Below the pieces are notes generated by a model that saw only the letters and a list, made by a program, of their open reading frames with translations, had not been told where the DNA came from and did no database searches. A DNA stretch of 64,000 bases from Patescibacteria group bacterium (GTDB taxonomy: Bacteria; Patescibacteriota; Microgenomatia; UBA8517). This document shows, piece by piece, positions 20,892 through 30,777 of this stretch. Made by a program: the position numbers and the translations under genes. Every line of letters starts with the position of its first letter. The first letter of the stretch is position 1. Where the stretch lies: NCBI GenBank assembly GCA_038061225.1, contig JBBTZT010000005.1, positions 19,646 to 83,645 of the forward strand. The letters are read 5' to 3'.

Positions 20892-21158
20892 TTATGCAAA
20901 AACTTGGTGAGAATTGTGAGGGTGAATTTTTTGAAGTTTTTCGATTTTGTCAGTATTATCATAAGTTCTATTACTTAACATTTTTGTTTGTTCTTCAATA
21001 TTATCCAACCGTTTCATAATTTTTAAAGTTTCTTCAAAAAAGGTATCCTTGTCAGGTAAGTATTTCAAGTCATCTTTGGTGGTTATATCCATTTCACCCA
21101 AAGCTACCTTAACAGCTTCTTTTATAATTTCAAAAGTGTTTTCATTCTTTTTTGTCAT
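20892..21158 (-). CDS. Small hypothetical coiled-coil protein
   Basis: Fills the gap between gyrA and the next gene; TTKDDL and heptad-like C-terminus. Confidence 0.6.
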   Translation of the reverse strand: MTKKNENTFEIIKEAVKVALGEMDITTKDDLKYLPDKDTFFEETLKIMKRLDNIEEQTKMLSNRTYDNTDKIEKLQKIHPHNSHQVFA

Positions 21159-21212
21159 ACTTTAATTAAATCACTTATTGATAAATTGATCAATTACTAA
21201 TATATTTATGTT

Positions 21213-21953
21213 ATGGAAAGAAGAGTTGAATTCGTGGGATCAATTATTATCTTTTTTGTACTTCTTTTTATCTACTCAAAATTTGGGCCAAGTCTTCCAA
21301 TTTCTGTTTTGACACAAACCAAGGGTGAGCCAATGATGGTAACTGAAACAGGAAAAGCAGCAATTGTGCCTGATATTGCAAAAGTGAGCCTAGGAATTGA
21401 AGCACAAGGTCCAGTGCTCAAGTTAGTACAAGATGATGTTAACAAAAAATCAAAAGGTTTAACTTCTGAACTTAAAAAATTAGGAATTGACGAAAAAGAT
21501 ATAAAGACAACAAATTATAGTGTGAATCCTGAATATAATTACGATTCAATTCCATATAGAATTAATGGCTACAGAGTTTCGACAAACTACGAGGTTGAAA
21601 TCGTTGATTTTAACATTGTCAATGAAGTTTTGACAATTGCTACAGAATTAGGAGCTAATGTAATTGGAAATATATCTTTTGAGGTTAATGAAAAAACTAA
21701 ACAAGAATTAACTCAAAAAGCTCGTGAAGAAGCAGTTAGTTTAGCAAAAAGTAAGGCTGAGAGTCTTGCCAAAGCTTCAGGAATAACGCTTGGAAAAATA
21801 ATTAATGTAACAGAGTCACAAGATGTCGATTATCCAAGACCTGTTGCCATGATGACTAAAGATTCATCTATAGGTATTTCTGAAATTGCAAATATTCAAG
21901 CTGGCGAAACAGAAATATCAGTTACAGTTACACTTTCGTACGAAATAAGATAA
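21213..21953 (+). CDS. SIMPL (DUF541) domain protein
   Basis: N-terminal TM, VPDIAKVSLG, IKTTNYSVNPEY, AREEAVSLAKSKAESLA. Confidence 0.88.
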   Translation: MERRVEFVGSIIIFFVLLFIYSKFGPSLPISVLTQTKGEPMMVTETGKAAIVPDIAKVSLGIEAQGPVLKLVQDDVNKKSKGLTSELKKLGIDEKDIKTTNYSVNPEYNYDSIPYRINGYRVSTNYEVEIVDFNIVNEVLTIATELGANVIGNISFEVNEKTKQELTQKAREEAVSLAKSKAESLAKASGITLGKIINVTESQDVDYPRPVAMMTKDSSIGISEIANIQAGETEISVTVTLSYEIR

Positions 21954-21956
21954 AGG

Positions 21957-22457
21957 ATGAAAAACAATATCGAAAATACAGAAGCATTTCAAATTGCAAA
22001 TGAACGAGTAAAAGCAGAGAAACAAAGACAGTATGATACGCTTCATAATGAGCCCCCACAAGATTTTCGAGGAGAACGAGCTGGTGAAGCATTTAATCTT
22101 GGCTTTCCATCAACCCAAGCAATGGATGAGGAAATTTCTAAACATCCAAAAGTGTTTATGGAAATAAGCACGCTTGCAACTAAAAAGATAATAGGCTACG
22201 AAGAAGCCGAGAAGGAATTAAGGAAAGTTAAGGATCCAAATCTAATACTTAAAGTTAAAAAGTATCAAAATTTAAAAGCCATAAGTAAAACATACAAAAA
22301 GGAACCAGGTCCACCAGGAATATATAATAATAAACATAAATCTAGACCAAAAACAAAAAATCAAGTTATTCAAATATACGAACGATGGAAAACACAAAAA
22401 GCGCTAAACGCAGAAAAACCTACTCCACTTGATGAATACCCAGAATTCACTTGGTAA
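21957..22457 (+). CDS. Hypothetical protein
   Basis: 166-aa ORF starting 3 nt after the SIMPL gene; no recognised motif. Confidence 0.55.
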   Translation: MKNNIENTEAFQIANERVKAEKQRQYDTLHNEPPQDFRGERAGEAFNLGFPSTQAMDEEISKHPKVFMEISTLATKKIIGYEEAEKELRKVKDPNLILKVKKYQNLKAISKTYKKEPGPPGIYNNKHKSRPKTKNQVIQIYERWKTQKALNAEKPTPLDEYPEFTW

Positions 22458-22467
22458 TATTTTAAAA

Positions 22468-23317
22468 CTACATACTATTTTTAATATATTCCTTAATATT
22501 TTGTCCTTCTTTTGGAACCAATATATAAGCACCCGCAGAACTTTTACCCTGAGTTAATACATTCTGATCGGATACTCCCAAATATGAGATGGCATAATCC
22601 AATGGATTTCCAATATCAGTTAATATTTCATTTACTTTATTTAAATCCAAATCCGTATTAACAAAGCTAAATACACTAGATGTATCTTTAATATTTGCTT
22701 TTTGTAAAATTGCTTTTAATACTTCAAACTGGCGCATACTTCTTCCAAAATCTCCATCACCATGCCTACTTCTAACATATTTTAAAGATTCTTCACCATT
22801 CATCTGAGTTAATCCCACACTATATGAGATGGTTTCATATCTACAAGTAAATTGTTTTTCAAGTTCAAAACCTGAATATTTTACATGTAAACTGACAACT
22901 TCATCAGCCGACTTTCCACAAAGTTCATTTTCAAGTCCACGAACTGGATAGAAATTATCTATATATTCTTTTCCAACATCTACTGCAATCCCTTCCATTG
23001 AATCAATCATTTTAACAAAAGAATTAAAATCAACAGATATAGAGTGAGAGATAGGCAAACCAGTAACCCCTGTTAGCGCATCTTTTAATGATGGATCAGC
23101 GTTTATTTTATGTCCTGAAAACCAAAAATCACGAGGGAAAGAAATTATATTTGCTTTCTTGTCAGTTACATTAACATGAACAATAATTATAGCGTCCATT
23201 AGTCCTCCTCCAGAATGACCAGACCCACCATAACCTGTTAGTAATATATTAAAAGTTTTTGCACCTTTAGTGGTTTCTCTTTCTTCTTCAACAAATATAT
23301 GCTATTTTATTATTCAT
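22468..23317 (-). pseudogene. LytR-CpsA-Psr (LCP) family gene with disrupted 5' end and no membrane anchor
   Basis: SFPRD, KIN, LKYVRSRH, DFGRSMRQ motifs. Homology (FNILLTGYGGSGHSGGGLMD) extends upstream of ATG 23199 to an in-frame TAG; the natural ATG at 23317 is out of frame. Confidence 0.6.
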
Positions 23318-23318
23318 C

Positions 23319-24275
23319 TTATTTTCCTCTTCCATGAAAGATTTCGTGTATATCATGGAGTTGCTTGTTTGTAACATGGGTATAAATTTGTGTAGTTGAT
23401 ATATTCTTATGCCCCAACATCTCTTGAATACTTCTTAAATCAGCACCTGCATTAAGCAAATCTGAGGCGAAACTGTGACGGATTGTGTGAGGAGTAGCTT
23501 CAATTGGAAGTTTGACTTTCCTAACATATTTTTTTAATAATCTTTCTATCGATCGGGGAGTGAGACGCATTTTTTCATCCTCCACCGTTGGATCAATTTT
23601 ACCTTTGTGACGTATAAAGAGTGGTTTAAAATGATCTTTTCTTTCATTTAGATATCTTTTCAAATAATCAGATGACCTAGAGGATAGAAAAACCACTCTT
23701 GCTCTTCCACCTTTACCTGTTATACCAAATTCTCGTCTATCAAAATCAATTTTTTCAATATTAAGGCTTGTCAGCTCAGATACACGAAGACCTGTGGAAA
23801 ACAAAACTTCTAAGATTGCTTTATCACGAAGACTCATGAGTCTGAGTGACAAGCTTTGCTTATCACTACCTATTGTTGGAGCATTCAATAGTCTATCTAC
23901 TTGTTCACCATTTAAAAACTTGATTTGTCTGTCAGGAATTTTGGGTAGTTCAATTTTATCAGGTGCCATAACTTGATAATCATTTCTAATTAACCATTTT
24001 AAAAAAGATCGTAGCGCAATTGCGTGATATCCTTGAGTTTTTTTGGAAAGTCCAAGTTTAGCTAGATATGCCCTAAAGTCATGAACAATATCTTGGTTTA
24101 TAGACTTTATATCTGTGTGTTTGTGATTTGTAATTAACCACTCAAGAAGTCGATTTAAGTAATGTCTATAATTTCGAATTGTAAGAGGGGAGCATCCTTT
24201 TTCAACAGACAAATAATCTAAAAATTCATCAGTTTTTTTTGATATATCACTATTTTTTCCTTGAGCAGAATTCAT
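23319..24275 (-). CDS. Xer-family tyrosine recombinase (XerC/D-like)
   Basis: RDKAILEVLFSTGLRVSEL, GKGG, TPHTIRHSFA, LGHKNISTTQIYTHV. Confidence 0.93.
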   Translation of the reverse strand: MNSAQGKNSDISKKTDEFLDYLSVEKGCSPLTIRNYRHYLNRLLEWLITNHKHTDIKSINQDIVHDFRAYLAKLGLSKKTQGYHAIALRSFLKWLIRNDYQVMAPDKIELPKIPDRQIKFLNGEQVDRLLNAPTIGSDKQSLSLRLMSLRDKAILEVLFSTGLRVSELTSLNIEKIDFDRREFGITGKGGRARVVFLSSRSSDYLKRYLNERKDHFKPLFIRHKGKIDPTVEDEKMRLTPRSIERLLKKYVRKVKLPIEATPHTIRHSFASDLLNAGADLRSIQEMLGHKNISTTQIYTHVTNKQLHDIHEIFHGRGK

Positions 24276-24283
24276 CTATAAAA

Positions 24284-24312
24284 ATATTATAACTATCTAG
24301 GGAGTGTGTCAA
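24284..24312 (-). promoter_or_regulatory. Promoter of the xer gene
   Basis: Minus strand TTGACA (24312-24307), 17 nt, TAATAT (24289-24284), 8 nt before the ATG. Confidence 0.55.
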
Positions 24313-24377
24313 TAACATTGTGCGACACTATAAATTATAATAATTTTCACGCATGAAAACGAAGTAGGGGAGGAGTC

Positions 24378-24428
24378 CCCTCGCGAAGCGAGGGAAATTT
24401 CTAATTGACCTAATTGACCTAATTTCTA
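24378..24428. repeat. GAA-loop hairpin followed by a 9-mer CTAATTGAC array
   Basis: ccctcgc-gaa-gcgaggg (24378-24394), then ctaattgac ctaattgac ctaatttct. Confidence 0.7.
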
Positions 24429-24851
24429 AACAAATTAAAATTAACAACAAATTTCTATAAATTATAATATTGTTTAAAAAATTGAAAATTTTAATTAATT
24501 ACATGTTATATAAAGGACATTAGAGGAATTTAAAGGTTTTAAATAACTGTAAATTTGGCCTTGAATACGACCTTCTGTAATCGATTTTAAGGCCTATCTA
24601 AATCAAAAAACGACTAGTACATCATTTAAATATATTGTCGTATTTTCGGATCAACATGGCACTTCTCTGATTTTTAAAATTTAGGGGAGTCAAATAAGTA
24701 ACTAGAAGCTAGAAACTTGATATTAGATATACGGTAATAACAACACAAAAACAGTGAGTAAAACTCTAATGCAATAACATAAAAAATAGTTATTGATTCT
24801 TAATTTTAAATTATTAATTGCTTATGTACACTACTCTCTGCATTATATTCA

Positions 24852-24879
24852 ACGTCGTAAAAGTATTATTGTACGACAT
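24852..24879. other. Candidate dif-like Xer recombination site (11-6-11)
   Basis: ACGTCGTAAAA gtatta TTGTACGACAT; arms are 9/11 inverted; lies in the 840-bp non-coding gap next to the xer gene. Confidence 0.45.
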
Positions 24880-25115
24880 AGTATTTTAATAGACATATAC
24901 TTAGGGTGTTGGATGAACAATTTGATAGCCTAAATAAGAAGGGCTTATGTTATAAATAAATTAGTTTGTTATCAGTTAGAGAGTCTACTCCTCCAAAGGA
25001 ATGAAAAATATAGTTATCCACATATGTATCAAACTATATCATTTCGTGAAAACTCTTCCCTGCCCTGTGAAAACACACTCAATAATTATAGGGTATTTGA
25101 AGCCTTACTCCCCTT

Positions 25116-25880
25116 TTACCATCTGGTGGCAAAAAACATACCAATAAGTATAACTAAACCTACTGTTAAGTATTCTCTAACTACAGCTGGAAATAATCTA
25201 TCTTCAATTTTGGCTTGTCCTAGACCTAAAAGAAGGTATACCCCACTGGTTAAAAAAAGTGAGCCTACAACGACTGTTACCGGCCAGAAAAATATAAGAG
25301 TTGATAATTCAGCTACTATCAAGGCAGAAATAAGTGCCATTTGAAAAATTTTCATATTAAATTCTTTTTCAAGTTCTATTGACCACATACCTTGCCAAAA
25401 AAGCAAAAGGGAAGAAATAAAAACTAAAAATGAAGAATATAAAAAATTTAGTCTTATAGACAAGATGGCATCAAAGAGTAAAAATGAAGTTAAAAGAGTT
25501 AAAACAAAACCAACACCATGAGCTGCCCTTAGGAGTGCAATTGTTTTTTGTGAGGAAACTGTATAAATATTCATAGTTGAAGAAAGTATATATATCCCAA
25601 AACCATAAAAGATGACAATAGGGATACGTGTATAAATATTAACTGGTAGTAAAAACCAAAAAATACCAACCCCAAGAGTAAAAAGCATTGGTAAAAATAA
25701 TGATAAAAGAGTCATATTTTTAGCCAAACCTTCATAAAATGACCAAAAAGAAAAAATACCAGTTAAAAAAACTAAGATAGCAATTGCTAAAAATTTAGTT
25801 GAATCATCAATAAATTGAATCCAAATAAATCCTGCCGATAGAAAAAATGATGAAATTATAAATCTCAATCTTTTAGACAT
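25116..25880 (-). CDS. Multi-pass membrane protein, hypothetical
   Basis: About 8-9 hydrophobic segments; TIALLRAAH and FFWP motifs. Confidence 0.75.
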   Translation of the reverse strand: MSKRLRFIISSFFLSAGFIWIQFIDDSTKFLAIAILVFLTGIFSFWSFYEGLAKNMTLLSLFLPMLFTLGVGIFWFLLPVNIYTRIPIVIFYGFGIYILSSTMNIYTVSSQKTIALLRAAHGVGFVLTLLTSFLLFDAILSIRLNFLYSSFLVFISSLLLFWQGMWSIELEKEFNMKIFQMALISALIVAELSTLIFFWPVTVVVGSLFLTSGVYLLLGLGQAKIEDRLFPAVVREYLTVGLVILIGMFFATRW

Positions 25881-25898
25881 GTTATGAAAAATAAAATT

Positions 25899-26609
25899 TT
25901 AAAAATTATGATATACCTTTTGGACGTCATCATGATTTTCAAAATTATCAATAAAATTAGTTAATTTTTCAATTTGGTCGTCATCAATAATATCTAAGTA
26001 AATTTTAGGTACCATAGTAAGCTCTCTTTTTAAAACCTTATAACCTATACTTTCCAGTTTGTCGCTTATTTCTTTTAGCTTATCTGGTAATGTGTAAACC
26101 ACAAGCCCTTCTTCACTGTCTTTAATATCCTCTATTCCTAAATCAATAATTGTTAAGGTCTGTGAATCAGAATTATCTGTTTTTTCAATTAATAAAAATC
26201 CTTTGTGTTCAAAATTATGTAAAACTGAATTTGGTCCACCCATTGCTCCCCCATTCTTTTCAAATAAAGTTTTAATTTCCTGAGCCGTTCTATTTTTATT
26301 ATCTGTTGCCGTTTCAACGACTACAGCCATTCCAAAAGGTCCAAATCCCTCATATGTAATTCCCTCAATACTTTCCATTTTGTCTTCGGCTGATTTTAGA
26401 ATTCTATTTATATTTTCCTTTGGCATGTTAAATTCTCTAGCTTTATCAATTGCTACGCGAAGTTTGAAATTCATATCAGGATTGGTGCTTCCCCCTGACT
26501 TTATAGCAATAGAAATAGTTTTTGAGAGTTTGCCAAAAATATTACCTTTAGCTGTATCTTTTAATCCTTTTTGTCTTTTAATTGTTGCAAAATGTGAATG
26601 ACCTGACAT
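25899..26609 (-). CDS. yebC: YebC/PmpR family protein
   Basis: MSGHSHFATIKRQKG, YEGFGP, TDNKNRT, DDVQKVYHN. Confidence 0.93.
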   Translation of the reverse strand: MSGHSHFATIKRQKGLKDTAKGNIFGKLSKTISIAIKSGGSTNPDMNFKLRVAIDKAREFNMPKENINRILKSAEDKMESIEGITYEGFGPFGMAVVVETATDNKNRTAQEIKTLFEKNGGAMGGPNSVLHNFEHKGFLLIEKTDNSDSQTLTIIDLGIEDIKDSEEGLVVYTLPDKLKEISDKLESIGYKVLKRELTMVPKIYLDIIDDDQIEKLTNFIDNFENHDDVQKVYHNF

Positions 26610-26630
26610 ACTATATTACAATATTATATC

Positions 26631-27290
26631 ATGATATCTGTTGATACAACCATGGATGAAAATCTAGCCCAAACCGCAATTAAAAAAGCTTTAAAATGTG
26701 ACTGGGATGAAGCTATTAAGATAAATAAATTGTTGTTATCAGAGGATAAAAACGATACTGAAGCATTAAATCGTTTAGCTAGGGCTTACTACGAATCAGG
26801 TAATATAACTTTGGCTAAAAAAGCTTCGCTCAAAGTATTAAAGATTGAATCCACAAACAAAATTGCACAAAAGGCTGTAGAGAAATATAAGCAAAGCTTG
26901 CCACTTCGTGGTAAAAAAACAAATAGTATAGTTACTTCTGATTTTATTGAAGAGATAGGAACAACAAAACAAGTTCAACTGCTTAATTTATGCTCTGAAA
27001 ACATTATTTCAACGCTTGACTCAGGAGATGAAATCTTTTTATCAACACATTCTCACAGGGTGACAGTCATTACACATGACAAAAAATACATTGGTAAATT
27101 ACCTGATGATTTATCTGCAAGACTCAGGTTTCTAACTAAGGAAGGGTATGAATATAAAGTAGTAATAAAATCTGCAAATAAAGAAAGTATCAAAATAATT
27201 ATTAAGGAAACTAAAAAAGGCAAGGGCTGTGAAAAAGTAAACTCATTTCCGGTAGAAATCTCAGAATCTATCAGCGAATTTGCCTCCTAA
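26631..27290 (+). CDS. TPR-repeat protein
   Basis: WDEAIKIN...DTEALNRLARAYYESG TPR pattern; the real start may be ATG 26652. Confidence 0.7.
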   Translation: MISVDTTMDENLAQTAIKKALKCDWDEAIKINKLLLSEDKNDTEALNRLARAYYESGNITLAKKASLKVLKIESTNKIAQKAVEKYKQSLPLRGKKTNSIVTSDFIEEIGTTKQVQLLNLCSENIISTLDSGDEIFLSTHSHRVTVITHDKKYIGKLPDDLSARLRFLTKEGYEYKVVIKSANKESIKIIIKETKKGKGCEKVNSFPVEISESISEFAS

Positions 27291-28028
27291 TTTTATTTTG
27301 ATATCTGATGTGGTTACATCTTCTTTACTTATTTTACAACCAAAAATATTGGCTATAATTTTTACAGCTTTTGTATTGCTTCCATAGATTTGACAATCAA
27401 AATCTTCTTCATAACCCTTAGTATAAGTTGATATTTTAGTTCCTAAATTTCCAAGAATTGATGAAACATTTTTAACAACATTTTGATCACCTGTTAAATC
27501 GTTAAGTTCAACAGATAAACCTGCTTCTTGTATGTCATTATTAATAAAATCAATTAATATTGAGCTCGGTAAATCAAAGGATACAAATTCAAGATCATTG
27601 TTATCGTTTTGGTACTTATTAAAAAATACTTTTATTCTTTGAAAAATATTCAAATTAGTTTTTACTCCATCTTTCCATAAATAAAGCGGTATAGAATAAT
27701 TACTCGATATCGATTCAGAAACTAACTTACCTTCAAAATTTTCCTTTTTGCCTAATATCCAAAGACTTTCTATTTTATATTCTCCCAAACCTCTTGAACT
27801 TTTTAATAATGTTCCTGCTGGTATTTTATATATTATGTTTTTATCTTTTTTGGAATCAACTACAATAATTTTTGTTAAGTTATCACTTGTTTTAGTAACG
27901 TAAATAAATTTATCTAGAGTCGAAATTTTAAAAAAAATAATTGCTAAAAAGATAAATAACAAAAAAATAAATATGCTAAAAAAAATCTTATTATTCCTTA
28001 ATTTCTTAATTTTATTATATCTTCGCAT
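27261..28028 (-). CDS. Membrane-anchored hypothetical protein (possible LytR C-terminal-like domain)
   Basis: Basic N-terminus plus TM helix; C-terminal DIKIKLGGKF. Confidence 0.55.
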   Translation of the reverse strand: MRRYNKIKKLRNNKIFFSIFIFLLFIFLAIIFFKISTLDKFIYVTKTSDNLTKIIVVDSKKDKNIIYKIPAGTLLKSSRGLGEYKIESLWILGKKENFEGKLVSESISSNYSIPLYLWKDGVKTNLNIFQRIKVFFNKYQNDNNDLEFVSFDLPSSILIDFINNDIQEAGLSVELNDLTGDQNVVKNVSSILGNLGTKISTYTKGYEEDFDCQIYGSNTKAVKIIANIFGCKISKEDVTTSDIKIKLGGKFADRF

Positions 28029-29688
28029 GTGATAATCGTAAACTTTTAATCGACTTGTTTATTTCATCTTTACTTTTACCCATTGATACTAATATATTTC
28101 TAATTATTGAGGTGGCTGCTTCAAATTCAGGTTGGACTAGTTTATGAACTCTTAAGCTTTTTAGCTTTTCATAATCCTCATCCAAATGAACTCGTGAGAT
28201 GATTCTAACTTCTGGAGCTATAGTTTGAACATGAGCTATAACTGATTCTTGAGAAAGCCTGTCAGGAATTGCAATTACAACAGCTTTAGCTGTAAGTAAA
28301 CTTGCCATTAATAAAACTTCTTTTTCAATTGGATCACCATGTATTGCAACAATACCTTTGTTAGTACAATCAAAAATAATTTTTGGGTCAAGATCTACAA
28401 CTACAAAATTAATTCCATGATCAGTCAGTGCTCTTCCTACCCAGCCCCCTACTCTACCAAAACCACAAATAATTATGTGATTTGATAAATTTGACACTGA
28501 AAGTGTATTTCTTTCAAGCGATGAAAACCCTTTAATTTTAGTACTTAAAAATCTCCACAATGGCATCGCTAATCTATAGACAAAAGGAGTTGCAATTAAT
28601 GTTACAAGACTTACTGCGATTCCCAAAGATGCAGTATTTTCTGGAATAATTTTTAAAATACTAGCACTGCCAAATATGATAAAGGCAAACTCTCCAACCT
28701 GAGACAAGCCAAGGGCTGTAATAATCATGGTTTTACCATTGTATTTTGCAAAATAATTAATAACTAAAATTACTAAAAACTTAATTACTAAAACTAAAAC
28801 TGAAAGCAATATTATAAGGCCAAAATTTTGATAAATTGTTGTGAAACTCACAAAAAATCCTAAAGTCACAAAAAAAAGTGCTACAAACAAATCACGTAAG
28901 GGACGTGTTTCTGCAAAGACTGCATGATTCTCTTGAGATTCAGAAATAACAAATCCTGCAACAAAAGCTCCAAGTGTTGCTGAAATGCCAAATAAAGAAA
29001 CAAAAACAGCAGTTCCAACTGCAAGAGCTATAGATGTTAAAACTAAAAGTTCTCTTGAGTTAACACTTGCAACCTTATGAATTATAAATGGAACTATGTG
29101 TTTACCTAACATAATAGAGGCAAAAATTAAAAATACCGCTTTAACAATAGCAACGCTACCTCCAACTAATGCTCCACTAAAACCGTTTACTAAAATAGGA
29201 AGAATTATCATCATTGGAATTACAGCTAAGTCTTGAACTAAAAGCCAACCGATCATTAATTTTCCGTGGATTGTTTCTGACTCTCCCCTATCAATTAATG
29301 TTTTAACCACAACTGCAGTCGATGAGAGAGAAAAACCAAGAGATAATACAAGAGAAGAGAGGTTGTCAAAGCCTAAAAGTTTTAAAATAAAATAAAATAA
29401 AGCTGTAACAATCACCATTTGCAAAGTTGCAGACATCAAAATTTTTTTAAAGCTTCCCGCAAATTTAGAAATAGATAATTCTAATCCAATTGAAAAAAGC
29501 AGTAAAATTGCTCCAAGTTCAGCTAATTTTTCAATTCCTAAGCCATCAACGGGAAAAATTGAAGCTGTTGTAACTCCAGCTATTATATAACCAATAATAG
29601 GTTGTAATTTTAAAAGCTTGGCTAGATATCCTCCAATTAAAGCAGAAGTTAAACAAATAAATAATCCTAGTGTGAAAGAAATCTCCAT
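28015..29688 (-). CDS. CPA2 cation:proton antiporter with TrkA-N domain (YbaL/Kef-like)
   Basis: LSSTAVVVK, LLVQDL, LGAFVAG, SQVGEFAF, IICGFGRVG. Confidence 0.9.
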   Translation of the reverse strand: MEISFTLGLFICLTSALIGGYLAKLLKLQPIIGYIIAGVTTASIFPVDGLGIEKLAELGAILLLFSIGLELSISKFAGSFKKILMSATLQMVIVTALFYFILKLLGFDNLSSLVLSLGFSLSSTAVVVKTLIDRGESETIHGKLMIGWLLVQDLAVIPMMIILPILVNGFSGALVGGSVAIVKAVFLIFASIMLGKHIVPFIIHKVASVNSRELLVLTSIALAVGTAVFVSLFGISATLGAFVAGFVISESQENHAVFAETRPLRDLFVALFFVTLGFFVSFTTIYQNFGLIILLSVLVLVIKFLVILVINYFAKYNGKTMIITALGLSQVGEFAFIIFGSASILKIIPENTASLGIAVSLVTLIATPFVYRLAMPLWRFLSTKIKGFSSLERNTLSVSNLSNHIIICGFGRVGGWVGRALTDHGINFVVVDLDPKIIFDCTNKGIVAIHGDPIEKEVLLMASLLTAKAVVIAIPDRLSQESVIAHVQTIAPEVRIISRVHLDEDYEKLKSLRVHKLVQPEFEAATSIIRNILVSMGKSKDEINKSIKSLRLSHAKI

Positions 29689-29701
29689 ACTAGTATTAAT
29701 A

Positions 29702-30412
29702 CTAGGCTAAAACTGTAAGCTGTTCAAGTGATGTACGTAAATCACTAGGTAATTCAGCCTTAAAAATTACTTTTTTCTTTGAAGTGGGGTGAATAAAACT
29801 TATACCTCCAGCGTGTAAAAACAATCTAGAACACCACTTACGATCTTTTCTAGCAGTTTTTCTGCCAGCATAAAATTCATCTGCAACTATTGGATGGCCA
29901 ATATGCTTTAAATGAATTCTTATTTGATGAGTTCTGCCAGTTTTTGGTTTTATTTCTAGCAAAGTAAGTTGCTCGTCACCATAAAGCATATAGCTTAAAA
30001 CTTTATACTCTGTGGTCGCCTCACGTCCATCTGCAAGTACCCCAAATCTATCTCTCCTCCAAGGCAGTCTTCCAACAGGTTCATTTATCTCGCCTTCTGG
30101 CGGATCAACGTTCCCATGAACTAAAGCAATATATGTTTTACTAACTAAACGTTCTTTAAATTGCCTTTGGAGCTCCTCAAATGCTATTCTAGTCTTTGCC
30201 ACAAGAAGTATCCCTGATGTTTCTTTGTCAAGCCGATGAACTATTCCATGTCTTAATTCTTGAAAATTGAAAATTGAAAATTGAAAATTCTCAGCAATCC
30301 AGTTTTCAACCACAGGTTGAATACCGGTAGTCTTTGCTGAGTTAGTTATCCAACCAGAAGGTTTCTCCAACACAAAAAATTCACTATCTTCAAATATCAT
30401 CCTTGGCGTCAT
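29702..30412 (-). CDS. RluA-family pseudouridine synthase
   Basis: KPSG, IVHRLDKETSG, TGRTHQIRIH, LFLHA. Confidence 0.93.
   Translation of the reverse strand: MTPRMIFEDSEFFVLEKPSGWITNSAKTTGIQPVVENWIAENFQFSIFNFQELRHGIVHRLDKETSGILLVAKTRIAFEELQRQFKERLVSKTYIALVHGNVDPPEGEINEPVGRLPWRRDRFGVLADGREATTEYKVLSYMLYGDEQLTLLEIKPKTGRTHQIRIHLKHIGHPIVADEFYAGRKTARKDRKWCSRLFLHAGGISFIHPTSKKKVIFKAELPSDLRTSLEQLTVLA
30261..30288. repeat. Perfect (TGAAAAT)x4 heptamer array within the RluA-family gene
   Basis: Encodes NFQFSIFNFQ on the minus strand. Confidence 0.9.
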
Positions 30413-30777
30413 TTCTCTTTCTTTTTCTCACAAGTGATGCATAATGTGGCTTCGGGGAAAACCGCAAGTCTATCTGTATTAATCATCTTTCCACATTCCT
30501 CACAAATACCATATTTACCAATTTTAACTCTTTTCAATGCCTTTTTAATTTGTTTTGATTTTTGATTTAATTCTTCTTTGATTGCAGATACTCTAGCATG
30601 TCCAAATTGTTCCTCTGCTTCAGTATCAGGAGAAGCATATTTTAGATCTCTTGATTTATCATTAAATGGATCTTCTGAAGAAATATTTTTTCTACTAATT
30701 CTCAATGTTTTTAAACTAGCCATTAAGAAATCTCCAACAGGTTTAAGAAGGTTTTTTGGGAATAAAATTTTAGTCAT
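30409..30777 (-). CDS. TraR/DksA C4 zinc-finger protein
   Basis: YGICEECGKMINTDRL..FPEATLCITC; ATG 30777 preferred. Confidence 0.88.
   Translation of the reverse strand: MTKILFPKNLLKPVGDFLMASLKTLRISRKNISSEDPFNDKSRDLKYASPDTEAEEQFGHARVSAIKEELNQKSKQIKKALKRVKIGKYGICEECGKMINTDRLAVFPEATLCITCEKKKEK

Noticed and set aside
23319-24275. Tyrosine recombinase as a prophage or island integrase
   Set aside because: It looks like a housekeeping Xer, its neighbours are core genes, there are no phage genes, and it is 15 kb from the pilC cassettes.
24276-25115. CRISPR array, ncRNA or oriC in the 840-bp intergenic gap
   Set aside because: No regularly spaced 25-40 bp repeats, no recognisable RNA family, no cluster of DnaA boxes; only short 7/9-mer arrays and the dif-like site.
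25024-25344. 106-aa plus-strand ORF and the many other short antisense ORFs in the track (e.g. 374-670, 2653-2871, 17182-17640, 42613-42945, 50312-50689)
   Set aside because: They are shadows of well-supported opposite-strand genes and show no motifs.
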